In this document: piece after piece, positions 31,331-40,155 of the stretch
How positions within the stretch are numbered: the first letter of the stretch is position 1
Layout: each line of letters begins with the position of its first letter
Source of the DNA: an uncultured Acidimicrobiales bacterium
Lineage (GTDB): Bacteria; Actinomycetota; Acidimicrobiia; Acidimicrobiales; SZUA-35
DNA length: 64,000 bases
Assembly (NCBI GenBank): GCA_963803875.1
Contig: CAWDOA010000009.1
Coordinates: 26,216 to 90,215 of the forward strand
Direction: 5' to 3'
Program-made: the position numbers and the translations under genes
The notes under the pieces: generated by a model
The model's input: the letters and a program-made list of their open reading frames with translations, nothing else
What the model was told of the DNA's origin: nothing
Databases searched by the model: none

Positions 31331-32224
31331 ATGGCCGTTCGGGTCGACTACATCGTCAAAGAAACCGCCTACAACATCATTCGCAACCCCTCATTGAGCA
31401 TCGCAACGGTGCTCACGGTCGCTGTGTCACTGTCCCTCTTGGGCGCGGCATTGGTTATACAGCAGGGTGTCTCTGGGCTTCAGACCCGGTTCAAAGACGA
31501 TGTTGAATTCATCATCTGGATCAACAACGATGCAAGCGAAGAACAGGTCGCCTCGGTCCAGCGAGCTCTCGACGATTCACCGGTGGTGAAGACCAGTACC
31601 TTCATCAATCGAGCCCAAACCTTCGCCGAGTTCGAGGAGTACTTTGCCGAGTCACCCGAGGTGTTGGCGGCGGTCACACCCGAGGATCTTCCCACCTCGT
31701 TCCGGGTTGTGCCTGTGAATCCCGAACTCAGTGTGGTGGAACAACTCGGACGCCAATTCACCCCGCTTCCCGGGGTACGCCAGGTCGATTTCGCCGGCGA
31801 TTACATCCGCCGCCTCAATCAATTCTCGTCGGCGGCCAGCATCACAATGACCGTGGCTGCACTGGCCAGTGGGTTGGCATCTAGTCTGCTGATGTACAAC
31901 ACGATTCGAACCGCTCTTTTCGCTCGACGGCGCGAGGTGGAAGTCATGCGTCTGGTGGGCGCAACCAACTGGTTCATTCGGATTCCGTTCATGTTGGAAG
32001 GGTTACTCCAGGGGCTTGTGGGCGCCGCGTTCAGCGCCGGAGCCGTGCTCGCCCTGAACGGTGTCGTGGGCGATGCGGTGCGTGACGCTGACTTCCGACT
32101 GTTCGATTCCTTCGCCCTGAACAATGGCCAGCTGTGGATCATCACGATGGTGCTGCTGGCCTCTGGTGCGCTGATCGGAGCGGTGGGCTCGGGTGTTGCT
32201 GTCAGCCGCTACCTCGACGCCTAA
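31331..32224 (+). CDS. ftsX: cell division permease-like protein FtsX
   Basis: 297 aa. N-terminal TM, periplasmic domain and 3 C-terminal TM helices. Position immediately after ftsE. Confidence 0.9.
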   Translation: MAVRVDYIVKETAYNIIRNPSLSIATVLTVAVSLSLLGAALVIQQGVSGLQTRFKDDVEFIIWINNDASEEQVASVQRALDDSPVVKTSTFINRAQTFAEFEEYFAESPEVLAAVTPEDLPTSFRVVPVNPELSVVEQLGRQFTPLPGVRQVDFAGDYIRRLNQFSSAASITMTVAALASGLASSLLMYNTIRTALFARRREVEVMRLVGATNWFIRIPFMLEGLLQGLVGAAFSAGAVLALNGVVGDAVRDADFRLFDSFALNNGQLWIITMVLLASGALIGAVGSGVAVSRYLDA

Positions 32225-32285
32225 GTTGGCCAGATTCCTGTCCACAGCCACATGTTTGGCAGACGCGGTGGGCTAGACATCGGGG

Positions 32286-33120
32286 ATGACCCTCACCGTT
32301 GATGTCACCGACCACGTCGCAACGATCACGTTGAACCGACCTGACACGTTGAACGCATTCAACGTGCAGATGATGCGTGACATGATCACAGCTCTGGATC
32401 GAACCGATGATGACGACGATGTGCGGGCCGTGATCGTCACCGGTGCAGGCCGCGCATTCTGCGCCGGAGCGGATCTTGAAGGTGGCGGCGACACGTTCGA
32501 CCATGGCTCGGACTCCGGACCGGGTTCGTCGTGACGGAGGCGGAATCCTCACCCTCCGGATCTTCGAGTCAACCAAGCCAATCATCGCCGCCATCAACGG
32601 CCCGGCGGTCGGCGTCGGAATCACCATGACGCTCCCGATGGACATCCGCCTAGCCTCGGACCGGGCAAAGATCGGATTCGTCTTCACCAAGCGGGGCATT
32701 GTGCCCGAAGCCGCCAGTTCGTGGTTCTTGCCCCGTCTGGTTGGGATGCCAACGGCCCTTGAATGGTGCTACAGCGGACGGGTCATGGACGCAGACGACG
32801 CCGCTGCCGGTGGGTTGTTGCGCGTGGTGCCCCACGATGAGCTTCTGGGGCGAGCCCGAGCGTTGGCCTCGGAGATATCCCAGAACGCCCCGGTTTCAGT
32901 GGCGCTCACCCGGCGAATGTTGTGGCAGGGCCTCACCTTCGACCATCCAATGGAAGCCCATCGCACGGATAGCAGAGCGATAGCGGCTCTCGGACGAAGT
33001 GCGGACGCGAAAGAGGGCGTCATGAGTTTCCTCGAGAAACGAAAGCCGGCCTGGACGAATCGGCCGAGCAGCGACACTCCCGACGTATTCCCCCAGGATG
33101 TTGCTCGCACGTTCAGCTGA
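32286..33120 (+). pseudogene. enoyl-CoA hydratase/isomerase (crotonase) family, frameshifted near 32505-32530
   Basis: ORF 32286-32534 carries the N-terminal crotonase motif (RAFCAGADL). It continues in the +1 frame (ORF 32443-33120) with ...RDGGGILTLRIFESTKPIIAAINGPAVGVG.... The shift is in gactccggaccgggtt. Confidence 0.8.
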
Positions 33121-33748
33121 CCGTTGAGCTCACGCGGTCTGCCCATACAGCGAACAGTGGATCACGTCCCGATGTCGGCACTTCGACCCCGGATGGTTCA
33201 CCCCATCCCGCCGAAAGCGAGAAATAGCCAGCCACGATCCCAATCCGCTGCTCGTCACTGGCTGCCAGCCAACCTCTGATCGCCTTGGTTGGAAAGAGCC
33301 GATTGGAGAAACACACAACTGCGCGCCCTCCTGGTCTCAGAACTCGACCGATCTCATCGAACACCTCCAGCGGGTGTTGCAGATAGTCGACCGACACCGC
33401 ACAAACGATCCCATCGAAGACTCGTCCGCGAAACGGCAGGCTCGGATGTGCGTTGAGATCGGCGACCACGCCGCCGCAGGCTTGGATGTTTTGAGCGAGT
33501 TCGACCGGGTTCATCCCGTGGACCACCAAACGTTTGGGTTGGCAGGTGAAGTGGGAGATCCAGCTCCCCATGAGATCCAGAACATCGCCCTCGATCGAGA
33601 GTTGCTCATAGAGCGACCCAATAGCTGCTCGTGCGCCATCGTCGATATGGGCGACGATCCGAGGCTGTGTGTAGAACCAGCGATCATTGGTTGGATCCTG
33701 GCGGTGGAAGAAGTTCGACGGGAAATGGGCGTAGCGAGCGTCGTTCAT
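33113..33748 (-). CDS. class I SAM-dependent methyltransferase
   Basis: Start at ATG 33748 (MNDARYAHFPSNFF...), in an ATGA overlap with the MFS stop. Motifs VLDLMGSW and LRPGGRAVV. Confidence 0.7.
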   Translation of the reverse strand: MNDARYAHFPSNFFHRQDPTNDRWFYTQPRIVAHIDDGARAAIGSLYEQLSIEGDVLDLMGSWISHFTCQPKRLVVHGMNPVELAQNIQACGGVVADLNAHPSLPFRGRVFDGIVCAVSVDYLQHPLEVFDEIGRVLRPGGRAVVCFSNRLFPTKAIRGWLAASDEQRIGIVAGYFSLSAGWGEPSGVEVPTSGRDPLFAVWADRVSSTVS

Positions 33749-34920
33749 GCGGGCTTGGGCTGATGGCTGCGCATGGTGAGTTGCAGGGCGACGATGGTTG
33801 CGGTCGCCGTGACCAACCAAAGGGCGAGGTTGAGCGAGGCGCCCGGGCGATGAAGGTGATGACCACCGGCATCGCCATTCCCACGTACGCAGCGAAGTAG
33901 AAGGTTGCATTCAGCGCCCCACGATTGCTTGGGTCGGCTATCGACTCGGTGATTGCCAAGCCAGCGGTCAGAATGGTGCCCGACGCTGCCCCGAGCGCAA
34001 TTGCGGCAATCGGAATCAGCTGCCAAATATCGGTCACAAAGGCCGTGGTTCCCAGCACATAACCGACTACACCGACCCACATTCCGATCTTCAGGCCGGC
34101 TGTCGACGTTGCAGCTCGTTTGAGCAACGGTCGTGAAAGGAGGGCCGCTAGTGCGGTAGTCGTGCCCGTTATGCCCGCCACGAGCACGTCGTTGCTGCCA
34201 CCGATCGCGTCACGCAGGATCACCGGGAATAGAGCAAAGCTGGTGGAGGGGAAGCCAAAGACCCACAGGGCCGCGGGCGCAAGCGTGGTGAGGAAACCTG
34301 CGGGCCGACGCCGGCACTCCGAGTTGGGGGCGCAGCGAAACAGCTCGATCTGGACTCTTGGTTTCGGGAAGATTCCACATCCCCAGCAGCACTAGTGCCG
34401 TGGCTCCGGCGTGCAGCACATAGGGCACGATCAGAGGCGAGGGTCCGACACGTTCATAGAGCGCCGACGTGATCGGTCCGAAACCGAACCCGATGTACAC
34501 CATCACCGTGGTGACACCGGCAATGTGTAAACGATCTCGGTTGTCCAGCGGTTTGCTGTTCAGTTCGGTTAGCCAGGCGGTGCCGACCGAGAGCACAGCG
34601 CCGCTTACAGCCCCGAGCAGAAGTCGGCCGGCGAATAGCAGTGCGAGGGAGTCACGACCGAAAATCAGGACGATGGAGGCCACCGCCGATGCAGCTGTGA
34701 ACGGCAGGATCAGCGGACGGCGCCCGAACCGATCCGAAAGCCTGCCGGCGAACAGAAGGGACACGAGGATCCCACCCACGTAGACGGTGAAAATCCCTGT
34801 TGCACCAAGATCAGAAAGACCCAGGCGATCCTGATACCGAAGGATCAGTGGCGTGCTCACGTTGGTGCCCCATGCCACAACGAACAAACCGGCAGCAAGA
34901 ATCTTCTGCTGCCGGTTCAT
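33745..34920 (-). pseudogene. MFS transporter, two frameshifts
   Basis: Three consecutive ORF pieces. 34210-34941 holds TM1-6 with motif A GRLSDRFGRRP. 33684-34223 holds TM7-11. 33745-34080 ends in ...ASLNLALWLVTATATIVALQL.... Shifts lie at about 34290-34370 and about 33835-33850 (gcccgggcgcc). Confidence 0.75.
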
Positions 34921-34943
34921 CGATTCGAGTCTGAAACCCAATG

Positions 34944-34976
34944 GGGTCTGACCCCGTCATCGACTGGGTCAGACCC
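34944..34976 (-). terminator. 11-bp hairpin downstream of the BI-1-like gene
   Basis: gggtctgaccc-n11-gggtcagaccc. Same 11-mer arms as the hairpin at 20034. Confidence 0.4.
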
Positions 34977-35002
34977 ATCGAGGGTCGTTGGGAGCGGTGT
35001 TG

Positions 35003-35716
35003 CTAGCGACGCATCTGTGCCAGTAGCCGAACGACGTAGTAGAACATCGTCATGAGCGAGCTGAACAACCCCAGGGCTGCGGCGACGTGAGCCCAAGCAG
35101 GGAATTGACGGACCACTTTCTGGGTCTGATACAGGATGCTCACACCTGACAAGGCGATCATTCCGACGCTGAACCATATGCCGAGGCTCAGCCCGAACAG
35201 CAGGGCGGCAACGATCAGCCCGAGGGCAACGAAGCCTCCCCACATGACCATGGGCCGAAGGAACGAAAGGTCCTTGCTCGTCGTCATGCCGATGACCGTG
35301 AGCCCAGCAAATCCAACAAGGGTGATGCCGGCCGCTTGCACCAGAATGCCGCTTCCGCCGTCGCTGTCGGCGACGAGCTTGAGTAGCGGAGCGAAGACCA
35401 GTGAATAGATAGCAGCCTGTCCGAACAAGCCCGCGTATTGAAGATTGGGATTGTCGACCCGCAAAGCAGCGTTGGCGCTCATCGTCCCACCGAGCCACAT
35501 GAGGCCGATGAGGAGCAGCCACAGCAGGTTCGATCCGCCGAAGGTGTCCAACATGAAGTCGGCGACACCGGTGACGAAAAGGACTGCCTCGAACACGACG
35601 AATGCGAGTACGGCCAGCGCAACGTGCTGGTAGACCCTCACCAAGAACGCTGAACGAGTCGCCTCGTCGGTGTTCGCTGCTGGGATGTACTGAGTAGTGG
35701 ACTGGGCAAAAGCCAT
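35003..35716 (-). CDS. Bax inhibitor-1/YccA family membrane protein
   Basis: 237 aa, 7 TM. N-terminal ...RSAFLVRVYQHVALAVLAF... is typical of the family. Confidence 0.8.
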   Translation of the reverse strand: MAFAQSTTQYIPAANTDEATRSAFLVRVYQHVALAVLAFVVFEAVLFVTGVADFMLDTFGGSNLLWLLLIGLMWLGGTMSANAALRVDNPNLQYAGLFGQAAIYSLVFAPLLKLVADSDGGSGILVQAAGITLVGFAGLTVIGMTTSKDLSFLRPMVMWGGFVALGLIVAALLFGLSLGIWFSVGMIALSGVSILYQTQKVVRQFPAWAHVAAALGLFSSLMTMFYYVVRLLAQMRR

Positions 35717-35867
35717 GCGTGGGCAACCTCCTGGATGCTGACTGACGTCTAGTATCTCACGTTTTTGGGCCCAAGAAGGTTCCGGGCGGTGGTGAAACCT
35801 GACCAGCTACCGCCGATGCAGTGCAGGTAGAATGGTTAAAGCTGTTTGACAACTTCATCCAGTACAT

Positions 35868-36239
35868 GGGGCTGATCGGTTTCGACGTCGAGACCAGAAG
35901 CTGTTTGTGCGACCCGAGTTGCTCAGACTCGTGAAACGGGGCTTTTTGAAGACGGCAACAAAACCGACTTCGCTCTTGCCGCCTAATTTTTTAGGTAGTA
36001 CAGAGGAAAACTGCGAGCCGCGAGGCCACGCAGGGCCTGACCACTACAGCCCGGTAACAGAAGTAGTGGTGGACGGTGGGAGAGACCACTGACGGACAGG
36101 GAAAGACTTCTGACACCGAGGAAAGACTCGGCGGTGAACTAACCCGGTAGATGGACAGCCGTAAGTCCGAACCACGGGAATGGTCGTAGCAGAAGCAGTA
36201 CCTGCTCGGCGGACGGGGGTTCGATTCCCCCCAGCTCCA
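35868..36239 (+). ncRNA. ssrA: tmRNA (SsrA)
   Basis: 5' GGGGCTGATCGGTTTCGAC pairs with 3' CAGCTCC, including the G3:U wobble (alanine identity). T-arm GGGGGTTCGATTCCCCC and discriminator A are present; CCA is not fully encoded. Internal tag ORF ...GAC GGC AAC AAA ACC GAC TTC GCT CTT GCC GCC TAA (35951-35986). Confidence 0.95.
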
Positions 36240-36244
36240 CGTAG

Positions 36245-36660
36245 TGTCCCCTTCAGGGGGAGCGTTCCACGCACGGTTCCGTTGTCGTCGCTCGTTCCTG
36301 CGTGCCCACGTTCACACTCGCTGGTCGCCCGCATCGTGGTCCCTCCAGAACTCGACTGGCATCGGCGCACTGTCCACGTTCTCACTCGGGCTGGCTGGCC
36401 CGTCGCTTGACGGACCGAGCTTCGGGCAGGCGCGAACCGGTTAGCACAACCGGCGGCCTCTTGCCTCGCCTCGGCCACTTGGGTCACGCGTTCTTCGGCA
36501 TGGCCGCCCTCGCTTCACACTCGGGCCTTCGGGTCGGCCGGAGATCTGTCCCTCCGGGGGCCTCGCCTCGCCTTCGGCCCTTTGGGTCCAGGGCTGCCAG
36601 CGGCGGTCCCCCTCTTGAGAGGGTTCACCGGAGGCTCGGAGCGCTCGTGTCTTCAAGCGC
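36245..36660. repeat. about 420-bp spacer packed with degenerate copies of the pyrimidine-rich repeat family
   Basis: gttcacactcg / gttctcactcggg / cttcacactcggg recur. 36520-36580 reproduces the unit junction of the 13476 array (cgcttcac...cttcgggtcg...gtccctccgggggcctcgcctcgccttcgg). Confidence 0.55.
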
Positions 36661-36665
36661 GATGT

Positions 36666-37130
36666 CTAGTGCCGGCTGCGCTCGGCCAACTCTCTGCGAG
36701 CCTCGCGGTCGGCGTCGCGTTTGGCGATGATCTGGCGCTTGTCGACGGTTTTGCGACCCTTGCCGAGGCCGAGCTCCAGCTTCACTCGGCCGTCCTTGAA
36801 ATAGAGCGCCATCGGCACCAGCACCCCTTGGTCCTGATTGACCTTGGAGGACAGGCGGACCAACTCGTGCTTGTGCATCAGCAGTTTGCGGCGACGCGCC
36901 CGGTCGAGCACCACATGAGTCCCTGCCCGGGAATATGGCGCAATGTGTAGGCCCACCAAGAACAGCTCGTTGTCCTCGAAACGGGCGTAGGCATCGTTGA
37001 GTTTGACGTTGGATTCCCGAATCGCCTTCACCTCGGCGCCAGCAAGCACGATGCCTGCTTCGAAGGTTTCAGTGATCTCGAAATCCAACCGGGCTTTTCG
37101 ATTCGTCGTGATCATTTTGATCTTGGCCAT
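36666..37130 (-). CDS. smpB: SsrA-binding protein SmpB
   Basis: 154 aa. NRKARLDFEI...AGIVLAGAEVKAIR...LLMHKHE... is the canonical SmpB pattern. Confidence 0.95.
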   Translation of the reverse strand: MAKIKMITTNRKARLDFEITETFEAGIVLAGAEVKAIRESNVKLNDAYARFEDNELFLVGLHIAPYSRAGTHVVLDRARRRKLLMHKHELVRLSSKVNQDQGVLVPMALYFKDGRVKLELGLGKGRKTVDKRQIIAKRDADREARRELAERSRH

Positions 37131-37149
37131 GGCAACCCCACGGTAGCGG

Positions 37150-38187
37150 TCAATGGCCGACCAGGACTTCGGTTACGTCGGCCACAAGGGTCACACGGCG
37201 GCGACTGCCCTGGCCACTTCGCCCCATTTCTCCAAGCGCGTCGGGGTTTGTTCTCAGTTCCTCGTCGAGCAGGTACAGGGCCACTCGTTGAGCGCACGAG
37301 CCGTACCGTTGGAGTAGCAGGTCGGCCATGTCGTCCCAGGGTGCTACGACGGCAAAGTGCTCGAGCATTTCGTCGGTTATCAGAGCCTCCATCTTTCCGA
37401 GATCGCCCGCTTTCATTGCCAATCGAAGCGCTGTCGTAGTTCCCTCGAATCCGAGATCGTCGAACTGAAACGAGTAGTTGGGAGTGGTGCCATAAAAGGC
37501 GATCTGCTGTTTGGCTCTGGCCACCATCGGCGCCCGTTCCTCCGGCGTGTCTCCGCCAACCGCAAACACCGGAACGATCAGGTCCTTACCAGCGGCCGCC
37601 GGGATCAGTCGCCGCTCGAGATACTGCGTGCTGTGCAGCGGGTGGACGTGGATTCCATCGGCAACATCCGCTGCGGTGCGAACCATCAGAGGCCCCACTG
37701 CTGAGATATCGACCTTCATCGGATGATCGTGGCGAGGAGGGGACCAGTCGGGTGGAAGCAGTGACAGGTTGTAGAACTCGCCCTCGTAGTTGAGCCGCTC
37801 GTGACCGCTGAAGGCGCGAAAACACGCGCGGACTGCTTCGACATACTCACGCATCCGGGCTGCAGGGTGGGCGAACTCTGCGCTGTAACGGCGTTTCACG
37901 TGGGCCCGCACCTGACTTCCGAGGCCGAGCCGAAAACGACCGTTGGTGTTGGCTGCCATCTCGTAGGCAATGGCCGCCGAGACCATGGGGCTCCGAGGAA
38001 AAGCCACTGCGATCCCAGTGGTGTAGAACAGTGATGGAGCGGCCAGCGAACACGCCGCAATCCGCATCCACGGAACCGAACTGGTTTCGGTGAAGAGCAT
38101 TCCAGCGAAACCCTCCGCCTCGATGTTCTGTGCCAAGGTCACCGCCTCGCCCCACGACGACGGGCCAACCATGACATCGAGCTGCAT
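37150..38187 (-). CDS. LLM-class (luciferase-like) probable F420-dependent oxidoreductase
   Basis: 345 aa with a TIM-barrel LLM pattern (FAGMLFTET...GRFRLGLGSQV...). The last 25 aa look atypical (see findings). Confidence 0.7.
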   Translation of the reverse strand: MQLDVMVGPSSWGEAVTLAQNIEAEGFAGMLFTETSSVPWMRIAACSLAAPSLFYTTGIAVAFPRSPMVSAAIAYEMAANTNGRFRLGLGSQVRAHVKRRYSAEFAHPAARMREYVEAVRACFRAFSGHERLNYEGEFYNLSLLPPDWSPPRHDHPMKVDISAVGPLMVRTAADVADGIHVHPLHSTQYLERRLIPAAAGKDLIVPVFAVGGDTPEERAPMVARAKQQIAFYGTTPNYSFQFDDLGFEGTTTALRLAMKAGDLGKMEALITDEMLEHFAVVAPWDDMADLLLQRYGSCAQRVALYLLDEELRTNPDALGEMGRSGQGSRRRVTLVADVTEVLVGH

Positions 38188-39113
38188 TGTGTGTTGTTAG
38201 CAGACGGTCGGCATTCGCTTCGAAATGGGCTCGTATCTAGTAGCGAGTAAAAACCGCGTCCCGACTTGCGGCCCAGCAATCCAGCTTCACACATCCGGGC
38301 CAGGAGAGGCGGGGGAGCATAGAGCGGCTCTTTGAACTCTGCGTACAGCGACTCGGCAACGGCCATGGTGGTGTCGAGACCAATCAGATCGGTGAGTCGT
38401 AGCGGGCCCATCGGATGAGCACAACCGGCCACCATGCCATCGTCTATGTCCTCTTTGGAAGCAAATCCTGATTCGTACATCCGGATCGCGGACAGCAGAT
38501 ACGGGATCAATAGGGCATTCACTATGAAGCCGGCACGATCTTGGGACACGATGACCCGCTTGTGCAACTGGCTCGAGGCGAAGTGCTCGGCTCTCGCTTT
38601 GGTGTCTTTGCTGGTGTGAAGGCTCGTAACGAGTTCAACTAGTGGCAGGACCGGGACCGGATTGAAGAAGTGAATTCCTACAACGTTCTCGGGCCGATTG
38701 GTTGCCATCGCCAACTTCATGATTGGTATCGACGAGGTGTTGGAGGCGAGCACGGCGTCAGGTGAGGTGACAACTTTGTTGAGTTGTGTGAAGAGGCCCA
38801 CTTTGGCAGCTTCGTTTTCGACGATGGCCTCGACGACCAGATCACATTCGGCCAGCGCTTCGAGGTCGTTTTCGATATCCAGCCTCGATTTGGCAGCGGC
38901 GATGTCAGCTTCAGATCGTTTCCCTGCCTTGACGCCGCGGGCCAGGCTTTTCTCGATCCGTGCCAAACCCGCCTCGGCTGCTTCTGGGCTTGCCTCGACC
39001 ACAGTGGTGTCTATCCCAGCCAAAGCACAAATTTCGGCTACACCTGAGCCCATCAATCCTGCGCCGACGACGCCTACCCGGGAGAAGCTCTTGGGTTCTG
39101 TCTCGGGACTCAT
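38139..39113 (-). CDS. 3-hydroxybutyryl-CoA/3-hydroxyacyl-CoA dehydrogenase
   Basis: Rossmann motif VGVVGAGLMGSGVAE plus the C-terminal dimerisation domain ...GRKSGRGFYS. A 40-aa tail overlapping the next gene is atypical (see findings). Confidence 0.85.
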   Translation of the reverse strand: MSPETEPKSFSRVGVVGAGLMGSGVAEICALAGIDTTVVEASPEAAEAGLARIEKSLARGVKAGKRSEADIAAAKSRLDIENDLEALAECDLVVEAIVENEAAKVGLFTQLNKVVTSPDAVLASNTSSIPIMKLAMATNRPENVVGIHFFNPVPVLPLVELVTSLHTSKDTKARAEHFASSQLHKRVIVSQDRAGFIVNALLIPYLLSAIRMYESGFASKEDIDDGMVAGCAHPMGPLRLTDLIGLDTTMAVAESLYAEFKEPLYAPPPLLARMCEAGLLGRKSGRGFYSLLDTSPFRSECRPSANNTQCSSMSWLARRRGARR

Positions 39114-39166
39114 CGGGAAGACGGTAACGCCTCCACCCGTGATCAGCAGGCTGATTGGACCAAAAC

Positions 39167-40153
39167 TCAGCGGGGGAGAGCCGAGAGGTCTGACTCGCTC
39201 GTGCGATCGGGCAGCGGTGCTTCATCGCTGTCGATCCCATCCGGGGCCACGGGAAACACGAGTGTGAACCCAGCTCCACCGAGGGTGGCCTCGGGTTCTA
39301 TCCACACCTCGCCGCCATGGTCGTCTACAACCGACTGAACAATCGTGAGGCCGAGACCCGACGCTGCCGACTTCTCGATTGCGCTGGATCCCCGGCGAAA
39401 GCGCAGAAGAAGACGCTGCGGGTCATCGGTACCAAGGCCAGGGCCGTCATCGATGACCCGTACTGCGATTGCTGGCCGTTTGTCGGCCATCTGATCCGAC
39501 CTGATCTCAACTATCACAGTGGAAGTACAGTGCTCGGCTGCGTTGGCCAACAAATTCGAGATCGCCCAACGGAGACGACGGGGGTCACCCACTACCGAGG
39601 CGGTTGTCACCTCGGCGTGGACCGGCACGTGCCGCGACTGGGCGCTGGCTTCGGAACGCACCAGATCTACCAATTCGACCGGACCCCAGAGTGCGAAGGG
39701 GTTGTCGGCGTGTGCGGTAAGGCTCAGGGCCAAAACGTCATTCACCAGATCTTCGATTCGTCGAATGTTTCTGAGGGCCAATTCGAGTTCGGCTGTTGAA
39801 CCGGGTCGGGCGGGATGTTTTTTTCTTGCCACCAGCAGATCGGCGAGAGCGTGTAATGCCGTGAGGGGTGAACGGATCTCGTGACATGCAGCTGCCAACT
39901 GTTCACGCTCGAAGGAGCGCTCGCCCTCGAACCTTGTGAGCAGGGCCCGTACGGACATCGCCAACGGCTCGAGTTGTGCAGGTAGTTGAGAAGGAGCCTC
40001 GCCTCTCAGCGGTGCGTATGCATCGATTGCGTTGATCGAATTCTGCAGTCGGCCCAGACCCCGACGCGTTCGGGCGATGTGGACTACACAAACGACCAAC
40101 ACAGGGAGCCCGATCAGGGCGATTCCGGTCGTCATTGCTGTCATCGAGGGCAT
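39167..40153 (-). CDS. sensor histidine kinase
   Basis: Start at ATG 40153, directly after the RR stop. One N-terminal TM, H-box CHEIRSPLTAL, N box LLANAAEH, DDGPGL, GLGLTIV. Confidence 0.85.
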   Translation of the reverse strand: MPSMTAMTTGIALIGLPVLVVCVVHIARTRRGLGRLQNSINAIDAYAPLRGEAPSQLPAQLEPLAMSVRALLTRFEGERSFEREQLAAACHEIRSPLTALHALADLLVARKKHPARPGSTAELELALRNIRRIEDLVNDVLALSLTAHADNPFALWGPVELVDLVRSEASAQSRHVPVHAEVTTASVVGDPRRLRWAISNLLANAAEHCTSTVIVEIRSDQMADKRPAIAVRVIDDGPGLGTDDPQRLLLRFRRGSSAIEKSAASGLGLTIVQSVVDDHGGEVWIEPEATLGGAGFTLVFPVAPDGIDSDEAPLPDRTSESDLSALPR

Positions 40154-40155
40154 CG

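Noticed and set aside
35828-35851. tmRNA promoter (TAGAAT at 35828-35833; TTGACA at 35846-35851)
   Set aside because: The two hexamers are in the wrong order and spacing to form one sigma-70-type promoter. TAGAAT alone could be a -10 element, but I cannot support a call without a matching -35 or TSS data.
36044-36487. 147-aa minus-strand ORF, plus several 60-140-aa ORFs in 36180-36950
   Set aside because: They overlap the tmRNA gene and the repeat-filled spacer. Composition is low-complexity and no RBS or family signal is present.
35868-36660. Genomic island or prophage integrated at the tmRNA 3' end
   Set aside because: No integrase, no phage genes and no duplicated tmRNA 3' segment are visible. 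Only non-coding repeats lie between ssrA and smpB.
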